Origin: Eledone cirrhosa
Taxonomy: Eukaryota
Assembly (NCBI GenBank): GCA_964016885.1
Contig: OZ024745.1
Span: 96,286,001-96,350,000, forward strand
Reading direction: 5' to 3'
DNA: 64,000 bases
Position numbers and translations under genes: made by a program. The notes under the pieces are model-generated. The model had not been told where the DNA came from, made no database searches, and saw only the letters and a program-made list of their open reading frames with translations. Position 1 is the stretch's first letter. Each line of letters begins with the position of its first letter. This document shows, one piece after another, positions 1 through 13,399 of this stretch.

Positions 1-83
1 TGAGATTTGGGGTGTTTCCTCGGAGAAAAGGGAGCATTGATATAGGATTTTAAAACTTTTCTTGATAATTTCTTATATCTCTT

Positions 84-277
84 CAGACCTGTCAACTCTC
101 CTCGTCCGATAAGGAGATCTCCCACCCACTTAGGGGTGGGCGAGGATGTCTTCTCTTGTGAAAATGAGTATAACTTTCTATTGTAACATCTCTCCATTTT
201 GCCTCATTTCTCTCTGTTTTGGGGCACTTTTTTTTCATGGCACTCCCCATTTGAGCTTTTAGAGGTTGGCAAGTCTG
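84..277. mobile_element. MITE-like element with ~13-bp imperfect TIRs
   Basis: Begins CAGACCTGTCAAC and ends GTTGGCAAGTCTG. A diverged copy lies in opposite orientation at ~48110-48291. Confidence 0.55.
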
Positions 278-728
278 TTTCTTGACAGGGGAAGCGAAAT
301 ATTGTGAGGCATCAGATCAATAAATGTATCTGAAGTTGGGAATATAATGTATTTTTATTAAAGGCTTAAGTATTTGGTATTGAATTATCTGCCATATATG
401 CTGACCACCATATTGTTAGACAGGAAACAAGAGTATTATGGCGAAACCAGCTAACAAGGTTAAGAAATAATTAGAACAAGGAGCTATATTTCTGGCCCAT
501 AACTGTTAAAGGCGGAGTAAAATATTTTGATTAAAGTGTTAGCTTGTTATGTAAAGTAATAGAGAGACTGCAGAATCTGTGACACGAGAACGACTATCTA
601 TTAACTGCATTGTGCTTTTCCGACACAAAACCGTTTATTACTAAATACTGAAGTGCAACAAGCTATTACTCAAATGTAGCCAAGCAGTCCATTTCTTCAC
701 CCCGACATCTTATTTTACGTGCTGCGAA

Positions 729-850
729 TTGGCAGAGTCGTTAGAAAGTCGGATAGAATGCTCTCTGAGTTCAAATCCCGCCGAGGTCAATTTTGACTTT
801 CATCCTTTCGAGATCGATAAAAAAGTGCCAGTCCAGTACTGGGGTCGTTT
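729..850 (+). mobile_element. tRNA-derived SINE, family S1 (partial)
   Basis: A-box-like TGGCAGAGTCG, B-box GAGTTCAAATCC and the body ...TTTCATCCTTTCGAGATCGATAAAA shared with more than 12 copies in the window. Confidence 0.75.
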
Positions 851-1154
851 CTCCTATCTCTCTCTCACATACACACACTCTCTCTCTTCTCTCCTTCTGG
901 AGAGGGAATGGGCCTACCAGGTTTCAAGTGTCCTCTACAGCGCCCCTATGACCCCAGCAACAGTTACTGGTCCATCCGTCCATCTATCCATCCATACTGG
1001 TTGTTTTATAACAAAAAGATTCGTGGGAGATAAGTTAGTGACGATAACGTCTGCCAATGGATGAGTTTCAAAAACAAACAACCTGGTAAATAATACTAAG
1101 CTACGCTATTCTTCAAAACAAAGCATGAAGAACTAATAGGGAAACATGAAAAAT

Positions 1155-1310
1155 CCTTACTATATATACACAAACTTCACCTCTTGTTAAAAAATAACCT
1201 TGCTATATATATACAAACGTCACCTCTTATTCCAAGAAAAACCTTACTATATATACAAAACTTGCACTTCGTGTTCCCTACTATATATACACAAAACTTG
1301 CGTTGTCCCA
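1155..1310. repeat. degenerate ~40-45 bp tandem repeat, ~4 units
   Basis: Recurring CTTACTATATATA(C)ACAAA(A)CTT unit. Confidence 0.55.
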
Positions 1311-2535
1311 TGAAAAACCTAAGCTAATAATAATAGACATTTATCTGTTTTCACTCAGGTTCTACAATAACATATTTCAATTTTTTCCAGTTTAGTATTT
1401 TATCAAAAAATTCTTGTCCTTTATGAAATACAGTTTGTCATTTTAACTGGACAGCATATTTTGGTTAAATTCAATACAAGAACGAACACCTAGTACCTGG
1501 ATTATTTCACGAGCTCTTTATCAGTAAGGCAACATTATGTAGAAGCCTTGTATTCTGCAGGGGTTTCATAATAATATCAATAATATATACACTCATTTGA
1601 TTCGTAGCTGCAGTAGTTCAAAGTTATTAATTGCTAATTATTAGCAATGCTACCAAGGTAAAAATTATTTGGTGTGGGAGTAGCTATAATCAAATGTACA
1701 ACCCGATTGTTGTTTTACAGTTCCAAGAGAGAATATTCATTGAATTATTACCTGTTAATTCCATCCAAATTTGGTATCCGTGGTTAAGGTTAACATAACC
1801 TTTTAACCCTTCAGAAAGTCGGTGATCGATGAAATATGTACAAGTAGAATCTAGGGGGGATATTAAAAAGCTTGGTTGATATTGCATTGTCAAGCGCTTC
1901 GATTATGTTTTCCTATTCATCTCTTCTACACTTAACACCACAAACCGGTGGAGCGAACCAACCATTTCGGAGAATTTTGAGACATTAAATTAATTTTCAT
2001 TTATTAATTATTTAAATTTAATTACGTACAGCACCACCTATTCGACTTGAAAGTTTGAGTAATAGTAAGAGAAAGTGAAACAATTGACACGCTTCTGGTT
2101 CTGAACAGACTCTGCAATTCTGACTCAGGACGGATTATCAATACACCCTCTTCCCATCACTACCAACGAATCGTTTTGTTACCGAGTCGGAAATCTAAAA
2201 AGACGAGGTTATATTGACATGGCAGGTTAGGCTGACATTAAACTGACGTCTCATCTACAACAGCTGGCATTCCTAAACCAGATAACATAACAAATTGCAG
2301 TTCAGTTATGTTTATAAACGATTATACGATTTCGTTCAAGCGTACTTCAGTGAATATCAATATCAATATATATATATATATATATATATGTAAATACATA
2401 CATACATAAATTCATACATATATATATATACATGTATATATATATATAGATACACACACACACATAGATACATACATACATGCATACGTACATATATACA
2501 TGCATACATGTATATAAATATAAATAAATAAATAA

Positions 2536-2619
<84 letters not shown>

Positions 2620-2986
2620 GAATGTTTTCCATTATTGATATTTGTATGTTTGACTTCATTAGGTTCCTTCAGGATTCCTTAATTTGTAGCATTTCGTTGG
2701 TTTCGACGACCTCAGGCTGGATGAGATGCAAATAATTCTTTTTTCTTACACATTTCTTTCTGAATTGGTTTATTGAAAAAAATATTTTATCCCATCATTA
2801 CTTTTTTATCCTTTATTTCTTCTCGTCTCCCAGTATTTGCTTATTGTTTTCTTGTTAATAATCACCGCTGATCCTATTTATACTACTTTTGCTTCAGTGA
2901 ATTTTCTGTTTTTAACAATATATTCTCCTCTATACATATGTCAAGTTATTGGCGATCAGACATTTCTTTTGTGTTCATCTGCATTA

Positions 2987-3118
2987 TTGGCAGTATCGGT
3001 CTGAGTTCAAATCCCGTCGAGGTTAACTTTGCCTTTCATCCTTACAGGGTCGATGAAATAAAGTACCAGTAATGTACTGGGTAATTTGCTGGCCTTGAGC
3101 CAAATGTAGAAACAATTA
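2987..3118 (+). mobile_element. SINE S1 copy
   Basis: GAGTTCAAATCCCGTCGAGGTTAACTTTGCCTTTCATCCTTAC...GCTGGCCTTG...GTAGAAACAATTAT. Confidence 0.8.
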
Positions 3119-3395
3119 TGGAGTAGAGTGGGCCTCAGTCACTTCCAACGATGAGTGTTCCAGTTGTCCAATAAATGGAATGGCATGTTCATGAACTTAA
3201 TGTGCAAGTAGTGAAGCATTCCGCAGATATGTGTACCCTTAATGTAATAATTCTTAGAGAAGCTCAGCGTGATACAGTTTCGGAAAAGGCTAGCTCGTAC
3301 ATATACACACAAACATATATACTACATAAGAAATCTATTCCATCATCTTAATTTGTTACAGACACAGACACACAGACACAGACACAGACACACAG

Positions 3396-3456
<61 letters not shown>

Positions 3457-3494
3457 TAAATATACACGGGTGTGTATGATTGTGTATAGAAGAT

Positions 3495-3881
3495 TATATT
3501 AATAAGAGGAATTCCAACTTTGTCTGATTTACTCGTTTTATTTACAATCCTTTAAAATATATATAATGGTATTATAATGAAATAGTATGATAGAATATTA
3601 AATTCTAAGTGTTAATTGAACAAGTACTTTCATGCTTTCGCAATCTTCAGGTTCATGATATGTGGTGACAGTCGAGTTTGCAATTTTCAACTGTTGAAAA
3701 TTGCAAACTCGACTGTCACCACATATCATGAACCTGAAGATTGCGAAAGCATGAAAGTACTTGTTCAATTAACACTTAGAATTTAATATTCTATCATACT
3801 ATTTCATTATAATACCATTATATATATTTTAAAGGATTGTAAATAAAACGAGTAAATCAGACAAAGTTGGAATTCCTCTTA

Positions 3882-3889
<8 letters not shown>
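3495..3889. repeat. perfect 395-bp palindrome carrying two hammerhead ribozymes, in a (TA)n tract
   Basis: 197-bp arms are reverse complements around the centre T3692. (TA)n follows directly on the right and after a ~40-bp extension on the left. Confidence 0.9.
3729..3767 (+). ncRNA. minimal type I hammerhead ribozyme (mirror copy 3617-3655 on -)
   Basis: TGAAC-CTGAAGA-T-TGC-GAAA-GCA-T-GAAA-GTAC-TT-GTTCA: core boxes, 5-bp stem I, tetraloop stem II and palindromic stem III. Confidence 0.8.
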
Positions 3890-3938
<49 letters not shown>

Positions 3939-3939
<1 letters not shown>

Positions 3940-4370
3940 GATGGCCGTTGATTCTGCTCAGTTCCTCTGCCCTTTGCCGGGTCTTGTATTTCATCCAGCA
4001 GGGTGTCTAAATATCACTCTCCTCACCAAACAAGCTTGGTGGGGTTGCCGGTTTAGTCGCCGACGACCCGACCGTGAGACAGGTTGTACTGGGTTACATA
4101 TTACCAGTAGCCCCCGAGAGCGACCTCGCATATAGTTTTTATTTTATTATTTTATTATTTTCGCCTGGGAGTGAAAGGCCCCCAGTTGTCACAACACCTT
4201 TCTAAGAGAGGGAAAGTCTGAAAAAAACCCCTGCTGCTTCGGAAGCATCCGATGATGTTGACTAGTTCTCCTTTTCGGGTAGTGTTTTCTATGCTCAAAG
4301 AGTGCGATTGGTCCAGTGCAAGGCCTTTCCCCACTTAAAAAACCCTTCAAAGTACAGGCATTGCTTGTTC
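3939..4370. mobile_element. probable LINE (RTE-like) 5'UTR fragments
   Basis: 4230-4365 resembles 55190-55330 (GATGTTGA...GATTGG..CAGTGCA...TTTCC.CACTTAAAAAA...CAGGCATTGC). The RTE assignment is inference. Confidence 0.35.
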
Positions 4371-4471
4371 AGAGTATGTTACAGGTTCTTGTGGCTATCC
4401 GTAGCCTAAAAATGAACCATATTCTGTAATCTGACAAGCGATTGCAAAACTCTTAGCAGGGTTTGCAGCCA

Positions 4472-4629
<158 letters not shown>

Positions 4630-4696
4630 TTATTAACTCATAATGATACCCTGCAACTAACAACCTCAAAGTATAAATACTGAGCATTATAATATT

Positions 4697-4878
4697 ATGG
4701 CAGTATCAGTAGAGGGTCGGACGCCATGCTTTCCAGCATAGTTACGTCCCTTTACGATCTGAGTTCAAATCCCGCCGAGGTTGACTTTGCCTTTCATCCT
4801 TACGGAGTCGATAAAATAAAGTGCCAGTAATGCACTGGGCCATTGCTGGCCTAGTGCATAAAGTAGAAACAATTATAA
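4697..4878 (+). mobile_element. SINE S1, near full length
   Basis: TGGCAGTATCAGTAG head, GAGTTCAAATCC B-box, conserved body and GTAGAAACAATTAT tail. Confidence 0.85.
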
Positions 4879-5461
4879 TATTAATATATGTAGAAATAAA
4901 CACAGTAAATTCTGCGTTTAAAATTACGAGGGTAGATTATACCACAAATGTTTTATATATTTAAACTGAAGCATACAGTAAGATACAAGATTTCCTATAC
5001 ATACCGTATCAATAACGATTTCATCTCTCGGACAGACTAAAGATTTAATCTGTTTCGCCCTGAAAATTGTGTTTGTAACAGATAATCCTTACGCATTTCA
5101 TCAGCGAGAGATTATATTAAAGGAAACAAAACACATCTAACAAGAAACTCACGGAAGTAAATAATGTACCTCGTGGGTTGAAAGCTATACGTGGTGTGAG
5201 TGGTTATGTTAGAAATAATAGCCTAATTACACTCATCTTATAAGCTCACCAGATAGGGAGCCGAAATACATCATATATATATAATACATCATATATATTA
5301 TTATATATCATATATATTATTATATATATATATATAATACATCATATATATTATTATATATCATATATATATATATATATATATATATTTAAAAGTTGAG
5401 ACAGTGAACAGAAAACAAAAAAAAACGTGGAAGCAAAGAGTCAGTACAAATGTTATTATTA

Positions 5462-5560
5462 GTTTAACTTTGCCTTTCATCCTTACGGGGTCGATAAAAT
5501 AAAGTACAAGTAATGTACTGGGTGATTGCTGGCCTTGTGCCAAAAGTAGAAACAATTATT
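5462..5560 (+). mobile_element. SINE S1, 5'-truncated
   Basis: Body and tail only. Confidence 0.75.
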
Positions 5561-5960
5561 AGTTTCACGCTATATATATATATGTATATATATATCGATA
5601 TATGTATATATAGTAATATATATAAGCATGCATATATCTTATACTTCTTCGTTATCATTAGGACGCCATCAACGCGCTTATTTTTATACTTTTAAGATTA
5701 TAAACATCATTTTATTGTAACATAGAATAACTTACACGTTTCCATCGGAGACGCTTTTACAGTCCAATGATTCAATACGATGGCGTTGTTCCGGGTTCGA
5801 TTAACTGCTGGATCATTGCAAATATTCCGTTCACGAAGCGTATTTTTCATGTTTAAATTGGTTTCTCTGTGCCGAGTTCGGCTTTTGTTTCACCACGTAA
5901 CCCTACTATTGAATCAGCTGCCACATATTATAATAGAAATGAGATATGTCGTATAATATA

Positions 5961-6325
5961 GCTGTTTCTACTTTTGGCACAAGGCCAGCAATTACCCCGG
6001 TGCATTACTGGTGCTTTATTTTATCGATCCCGTAAGGATGAAAGGCAAAGCTGACTTCGGCGGGATTTGAACTCAGAACGTAGAGGGCTGTAACTCTATG
6101 CAGCCAAGCATGTTGTCCGACGCTCTACCGATACTGTCAAATATAACTGTTTCTACATTTGGCACAAGGCCAGCAATTACCTCAGTACATTACTGGTACT
6201 TTATTTCATCGACAGCGTAAGGATGAAAGACAAAACTGACCTCGGCGGAATTTGAACTCAGAACGCAGGAGGCCGTAACTCTATGCAGCCAAGCATGTTG
6301 TCTGATGCTCTACCGATACTGCCAA
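5961..6325 (-). mobile_element. two tandem SINE S1 copies
   Basis: Reverse-complement S1 units at ~5961-6140 and ~6146-6325. Confidence 0.85.
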
Positions 6326-6556
6326 ATAAAACGTTTGACAATTAGTATTCTCGTCAACAGGCATCACACAAGTAAGTGATATTCTGGCCGTGAAACTAAA
6401 TAGAATTCTAGATTTCAACACTTAGAAGAATTTGATATTAACAATAATTAATCATTAACTTCAGAAAACAATACATTTTTATTCCTCCTCAATTTAGTGA
6501 CCAGAAGAATCCAATTTTTGGTTATAAGATATATGTATTTATTTATTTTCTTTTGT

Positions 6557-7620
6557 ACTTAGAGGCGAGAGAAGTTCTTTAGAACTGTAATACTTGTAAC
6601 TTTGTTAGTTACTTAGGGGCGAGTGAAGTTCTTTAGAACTGTAATACTTGTAACTTTGTTAGTTACTTAGGGGCGAGTGAAGTTCTTGAGAGTTGTAACA
6701 CATGTAACTGTGTTTGTATTTAGAGGCGAGAGAAGTTCTTTAGAACTGTAATACTTGTAACTGTGTTTGTATTTAGAGGCGAGAGAAGTTCTTTAGAACT
6801 ATAACACTTGTAACTTTGTTAATTACTTAGGGGAGAGAGAAGTTCTTTAGAGTTGTAACACATGTAACTGTGTTTGTTTTTAGAGGCAAGAGAAGTTCTT
6901 TAGATCTATAACACTTGTAACTTTGTTAATTACTTAGGGGCGAGTCAAGTTCTTTAGAGTTGTAACACATGTAACTGTGTTTGTATTTAGAGGCGAGAGA
7001 AGTTCTTTAGATCTATAACACTTGTAACTTTGTTAATTACTTAGGGGAGAGAGAAGTTCTTTAGAACTATAACACTTGTAACTTTGTTAATTACTTAGGG
7101 GAGAGAGAAGTTCTTTAGAACTATAATACTTGTAACTTTGTTAGTTACTTAGGGGCGAGTGAAGTTCTTTAGAACTGTAACACATGTAACTGTGTTTGTA
7201 CTTAGGGGAGAGAGAAGTTCTTTAGAACTATAACACTTGTAACTTTGTTAATTACTTAGGGGCGAGAGAAGTTCTTTAGAGTTGTAACACATGTAACTGT
7301 GTTTGTATTTAGAGGCGAGAGAAGTTCTTTAGATCTATAACACTTGTAACTTTGTTAGTTACTTAGGGGAGAGAGAAGTTCTTTAGAGTTGTAACACTTG
7401 TAACTTTGTTAGTACTTAGGGGAGGGAGAAGTTCTTTAGAGTTGTAACACATGTAACTGTGTTTGTATTTAGAGGCGAGAGAAGTTCTTTAGATCTATAA
7501 CACTTGTAACTTTGTTAGTTACTTAGGGGAGAGAGAAGTTCTTTAGAGTTGTAACACTTGTAACTTTGTTAGTACTTAGGGGAGGGAGAAGTTCTTTAGA
7601 GTTGTAACACATGTAACTTT
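6557..7620. repeat. minisatellite, 52/53-bp unit, ~20 copies
   Basis: Unit TACTTAGGGG(A/C)GAGAGAAGTTCTTTAGAACTATAACACTTGTAACTTTGTTAAT and a ...GTAACTGTGTTTG variant, with no spacers. Confidence 0.9.
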
Positions 7621-7672
7621 CTTTCTTTAAATGTTACTTTCGACGATTTAAGCCATTTTTGTAAAGTGACTC

Positions 7673-7843
7673 CCGTATTTCCCGACGTGGAAGACGTTAT
7701 TTTTCCCCCCTAAAATAAGTCTCAAAAATCTACCATGTGTCCTGGAGGCCGAAAGTTGTTTATTATTTTTTCTCAATTTTTTTGGTTGTCAAAATTAGGG
7801 TGCGTCCTCGAGGACGAAGCGTCTTCGGCGCCGGGAAATACGG
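7673..7843. mobile_element. Tc1/mariner-superfamily (Tc2-like) MITE
   Basis: TIR CCGTATTTCCCG(A/G)CG ... CGCCGGGAAATACGG followed by TA. Confidence 0.65.
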
Positions 7844-7934
7844 TAATTTAGTAACATTTTCGATGTCTCCGTCATTGTCCGGTTTTACCTTTCGGTTATA
7901 CTGGCCTGTACATAATTATTTCTAATTTAGATAC

Positions 7935-8120
7935 ACGGCAAACGATTTTGAAGGGAGGGGAAAGTCAATTATATCGACCTCACTACTTGACCGGTACTTT
8001 ATATTATCGACTTCGAAGGGATGAAAGGCGAAGTTAATTTCGGTGGGGTTTGAACTCAAAACGTAGAAGGGCATAACAAAATACTGCAAAACATTTCATC
8101 TGACACACTAACCATTTTGC
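7935..8120 (-). mobile_element. diverged S1-related SINE
   Basis: GGTACTTT...ATCGAC..CGAAGGGATGAAAGGCGAAGTT...TTTGAACTC. Confidence 0.65.
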
Positions 8121-10881
8121 TCATGCACCTCCCCTCCCCTGAACATAAGAAGCAGTATTCTTTTCAGGTTCTATCTGTCTATCTTCTGCCGAAAACAGTA
8201 ATAGACATATTTAGTTTATACATGTAACTATCAGAAATATGAATTCATGGATGGAGAAAAAATATACTAAATATATATATCCATATCTATTTTCAAGTGT
8301 CTGTTTGTTTTGGCTGTCATTATCTATACAGGGTGAGCATAACGTTTTTGAAACCACAAAATACACAGCTTTCTGTTTCATAAATGCCATTTTGTTACTG
8401 AAAATTAAAACTACAATATATATATAAGTGTGTGTGTCTGAGTGTTTGTGTGTGTGTGTATGAGTGTGTGTATGTATGTGTGTGTAGGTGTAAGTAGAAA
8501 TGTCTTTAGTATTGTAGAGAATATATAAATAAAATATAGTTGTCAGAAGAATTAATAAGACACTGTTTATCACTTGGATAAAAAATATATAATAAAACAT
8601 TGTCTATAATTTGATCTAGTACATTCGTACTTGAGGAGGTTTCTCAAGATATAAAGTCAGTATTAATAGTGTAGTTGAACTTTCGGTTTGACTACATATG
8701 TTTCTTTCAGTCTTCTATTGAGTTTAATCATTGGACTGCAGCTATGCTGGAACATAGTGTGGTGCTTACGAACATTCTGCTCGATCTTATCGACTGTAAT
8801 ACTTCAGTTAGGTACATATGTTATCAATTATATTTATAGCATCGTTAAATGGCACAGCAACGGTTTATACAGAAGCAGATACACATACATACAAGCACAT
8901 ACACGCACCAATCCACACATATAAACACACGCACCAATCCACACATAGAAACACACGCACATATACATCCCCCCAAACACATATAGCCACACATCCATAC
9001 AGACCAACCCACGCAAACACACTCACACATAAACATACATATACCCCCTCACATAAACCCACATACCCCCCCACACACATACATATACCTATGTAACGTT
9101 GTACTTCAGCCGGTTCCAACAACGAATGTCCAATTCGTTTGAACAACAGAATAACTTGCTTATAAAATTAACGTGCAAGTGGGTGAGAATGAGGTGGGGT
9201 AAATAAGATAGAACCTCCTTGGTTGTATCTGGATGTTTCTCAACGAGTATTAAATCACTATCATAAACAACAGATACCCGATACACACCACACACACATG
9301 ATGAAAAAAAAAACGTTTATAATGGACAGAAAATAGAAAAACGAAAAGTTTAATTACACGGAGGACGTATAAGAGACAAAAAAATAATTGGCTTATCGTC
9401 AGGAAAAACATTCTAGTAAATTGGAACATTCACATTGATAAGGTAAACATCAACACAGTAGACATTATCTGTCATCCAGTTTAACATTATCACTTAGTTC
9501 TTGGTTACCTTTAGCAGAGTCTACTATATTACAAACATTCGTGCTCGATCTCCACTTTCAGGATAGATTTCTGCTTCCTTAACACCAGTCTCAGAGGCCC
9601 TGAAAAGAGTCCTGAGCACTGTCTTAAAATTTTAGTTCTAGAGTCTAATAGATTATACTCTCCCTCAAAATTTGTGGCCTTGTAATTAAAATTTCAAATT
9701 GATATTTAATCGACTACATCCTTACTCCTATCAATTTGTAGCCATATGCCTATGTTAGAAATGGTAAAAATTATTTCTTAATGTTAGAGGTTATTCTGTA
9801 TTACTATAGTTGACAGAAACAAGAGGGGTGTGTGTGTGTGTGTGACAGAAACAAGAGAGGGGTGTGTGTGTGTGTGTGACAGAAACAAGAAGGGGGGGGG
9901 TGACAGACTGCTTTGCGGCATTTAATCAAATCTCTTTGCGTTCTGGTATCAAATTTTTCCTGGTCGAATTTTCCTTTCATCCCTCTGATGTCGACAAAAT
10001 TATTTCTACCAGCCATGTATTATTGTAGATTTAACCGGCTGTATCCTCGCCTCCACTGAAAACTACTTCCCTTGTTTTAGAATTAGTTCTATCAGCCATG
10101 TACTATGGTTGATTTAACAGACTATATCCTCGCCTTCACTGAAAATTACCGCCCTTGTTTTAGAATTAGAAATCGTTATCATTTCGCTTCTCTCATTGTT
10201 AAGGGAATCATACTTCATTTCACTTCCTCTTAAAATATGAAGTCTTGTAGTGTTACTGTTGTTATTGAAAGATATGAGCCTTTTTTCTCAAGCAGCATGC
10301 TTAAAGATGACAGTGACAGTTGTTAATATTAGAAGTAATTCCCTGTATTGTTTTACACGATGTCAGCATGAATGATGTGGATAGGAAACTGTGAAGAAGC
10401 AATAATTGTAGTCAAGTCATACTTTAGTTTCGGAATGGAAGGCGGATTCTAATCACGTGAAACCCAGCAAGACTAAACGTCTGCTTTTATTTTCTCTTTT
10501 CTCTGCGTCTTACGGATTATTTGATCGTAATAAAGCTTTTGTGCGAAACTAAATGAAAAAAAAAAAAAAAGCGTAATAGAAGCCGGGATGCTAGAAAGCA
10601 AAGCTCTAATCGTGTTTTCGATTGAATCTCTGAATGATGTCACAACTGCCCCCTTGCAGACGATCCAATAAGGAAGCCTGAGACATCGTTTAGATGTGAC
10701 TTAACTAACAGGCAAAGTCACGATTTTTGATGTATCTGGTATGGATTACCTGCAAGTCTACGCTGCAGGTGTCTAATATACTATTGATATGATGGTTCCT
10801 GTAACAGTCAAGTTGTCGAAGTCACACACATATGGAATGAATGCACAGACGACTTAAATAAACACGGAACAGTGTGCCTAT

Positions 10882-10912
<31 letters not shown>

Positions 10913-10915
<3 letters not shown>

Positions 10916-11347
10916 CAATGATATTAAATAAATGGAAACTATATTTATTCTATTATATATATTTCAAGGGTACCAAAATTTTGGTACGCTATCATCAGAT
11001 AAAATACAAAATGTTTTATAAATATTTGACATAACCAAGGATAATATACCTTAACGGTTCAAGTTATCCCTGGAAACGACTTTCCAGAGATAACTTGAAC
11101 CGTTAAGGTATATTATCCTTGGTCCTGTCAAATATTTATAAAACATTTTGTATTTTATCTGATGATAGCGTTCCAAAATGTTTGGTACCCTTGAAATATA
11201 TATAATAGAATAAATATGGTTTTATAAATATAGTTTCCATTTATTTAATATCATTGAATACTTACTCCAGAAATCTGTCGAGTGCTCTGAATCAGTTGTA
11301 AATATCTATATTTGTTGGATTTCCAACAAATTAAATATCTCTTCTAC
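10913..11347 (+). mobile_element. fold-back HHR element with tail, in (TA)n
   Basis: Inverted arms 10913-~11075 and ~11080-11259. Tail contains ACTCCAG...GTCGAGTGCTC. (TA)n on both sides. Confidence 0.8.
11151..11212 (+). ncRNA. type I hammerhead ribozyme (second copy on - in the left arm)
   Basis: TATTTTAT-CTGATGA-stem II-GAAA-TATATA-TA-ATAGAATA: 8-bp stem I and palindromic stem III. Confidence 0.75.
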
Positions 11348-11399
11348 ATATATATATATATTTATATGTGTGTGTGTGTGTGTGTAGTTATATAGTTAT

Positions 11400-11553
11400 G
11401 GGTGGATTCCCGATAGGTATCGGAAGGTGATCACGGTTAAAAAAAGGAACTCAATACGTTAGTAGAGTATAGGCATCTTTATTTTATATAGAAATGACTT
11501 CTAGAATGACTTCTTTTTCATACGAATGAAACAGTTCTAGTCCGGGAGAAATC
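11400..11553 (-). mobile_element. degraded relative of the 47140 HHR element
   Basis: Shares GAATGAAACAGTTCTAGTCC and, on the - strand, the tail ACTCTACTAACGTATTGAGTTCC. Confidence 0.5.
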
Positions 11554-11599
<46 letters not shown>

Positions 11600-11690
11600 A
11601 GTTTAATAAATGAACAGAGAACAAAAAACAGAAGCAGTACAAATGAAATTGTTTTTAGTTTCACGCTTGAGAGTGGGGGTGGTGGGGGAC

Positions 11691-11718
11691 GACGTTTCGG
11701 GCATAAGCCCTTCATCAG
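11691..11718 (-). ncRNA. minimal hammerhead core (stem I not evident)
   Basis: CTGATGA-AGGGC-TTAT-GCCC-GAAA-CG-TC on the - strand. Confidence 0.65.
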
Positions 11719-13399
11719 GAGAACAGTGGGTAGGAAGAGAGTTCCGAGGGTGTGTGGGGGAGTGGTGGAAAGACATTTAAAAAAAGGCAGGGAGGGGGCA
11801 GAAAGAAGAGGAAAACAATTTTTTTTAGAGAGTAAAGGAAATTTAAAAAAAGTACAAATAAAAATAAAAATAAAAATAAAAATAAACAAGGTGTGAAAGG
11901 GTGTGAGGCGTGTAGGGTGGTAGTGGGTGGAGGGGGGGGGGGGGGGCTGGAGAGGGGAGAGAGAGACGAGGGGTCCGAGCGGGGAGGGCTGAAGGTGGTG
12001 TTTGTGTATGGGTGTAGGTGTACGTGTGTGTGTGTGTGTATGTGAATGTGAGAATTGGGGGAAGAAGGATGTTCCATGTTCAGGTAAAAGGGAAACCGGT
12101 GTGTACATGGGTGGGGTGTAGGTCGGTGTGTGCGTGCGTGTGGATGGAGAGGGGTGGGGGAGGCGGCGTGTGTGTATGTGGGGATACGCACGTGTGTGTG
12201 TTTGTGTTGATATGTGGCGTGGATGTAGGTGGCGTGGTTCGAAAATAATGTGTTTGTATGTGTGTATGTTCCTAAGATATTTCCATGGAGTGTGAGACAA
12301 GATGTTGGAGATTTCCCGTGTCGTAGAATGGATAGCTGGAACGATGACCGGTGGTGTGAAATCCTGGTGTGGTAGTGCGGAAGTGAAGATATGTGGGGTG
12401 CGCGCGCAACAGGAAGTGGTCAGAGGGTCAAGGCAGGGTGAAGAGATAGCAGTAGAGGAGGATGACAGGTAAAGAAAGGGTCTGTATGTGGTGTGGACTG
12501 TGTGTCTGTGTGTGCGGAGGTACGGTGGACAGGAGAGAGGATGGGTAGGTGTGAAAGGTGGAGGGGGATGGGGTGTATATTAGTGGAGGTGTTAATGGGA
12601 TGTGTGTGTTAGGGGGTGTAGGTGGAGCGAGGAGAGAGGGAGAGAGGGAGAGAAAGGGTGTTGGGGACGGAGGAGGGAGTGTAGTGTACTGGTGTGTGTG
12701 CGTGTTTGGATATGAGTGTGTGTGTGTGTGGTAGAGAGGGTGTTAGTATTACTGGTGGTGGGGAAGAGGTTGAATGCGGGTGTGTAAGTGGGGGTTAGTG
12801 GTGGTTGGGAGTGTGGAGTGGGTGGTGTATCGGTGTGTACGTAGGTGTGGGTGGGTGTATGTGTGATGGTGTGTGTTCGTGTGTGTGGGTGAGGAGGAAG
12901 GTGGGTTGGGGGATTTTAGTAATATTAGTTGTCGGGTGGTCAGATGCGGATGTATGGGTGGGGGTTAGTGGTGGTAAATAGTGTGAGTGCGTGTATATAT
13001 GTACAGGTGGGTGTGTGCGTATGGGGGTGTGGGGACGCGGGTGCTAGGGGGAGGGGTGGGGATGTTAGTATTGTTAGTTGGAGGGAGGGCTGGGAGGTGG
13101 GGTGTTACTATTATTAGTTGTAGGGTGGGCCAAGGGGGTGGGGGCGGTGAAACTGATGAATGTGTTAGTGGTTTTAATGGGGGATGTGTGTGTGGGGATG
13201 GGAAGATGGGGAGGTGGAGGGGTCGGACTGGAGGCGTCGGAAGAGGCGGAGGATGGCGCAGTGGGGAGGTAGGGTGGAGGGGTGGTAGGTGATGGGGAAG
13301 GGGAGACGGTAGGTGCGTGTGCGGGGGCGTGGGGTGAGGGCGGTGGAGCGGTGGACAGCATGGGCGCGAGTGAGGGCGGTGTGGACGAGGGAGGGGGTA

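Noticed and set aside
5728-5850. Possible host exon on - (MKNTLRERNIC...) ending at GTAAGT; similar short candidates near 10750-10798 and 54184-54224
   Set aside because: No recognisable protein similarity, and such splice-like sites are expected by chance. RNA-seq is needed.
6557-7620. CRISPR-like regularity (also 48552, 53087, 58744)
   Set aside because: Units are contiguous with no unique spacers, there are no cas genes and the context is eukaryotic.
11518-13361. Long Pro/His/Thr-rich or Gly/Val-rich ORFs as host genes
   Set aside because: They arise from the compositional skew inside the PLE and contain no domain motifs.
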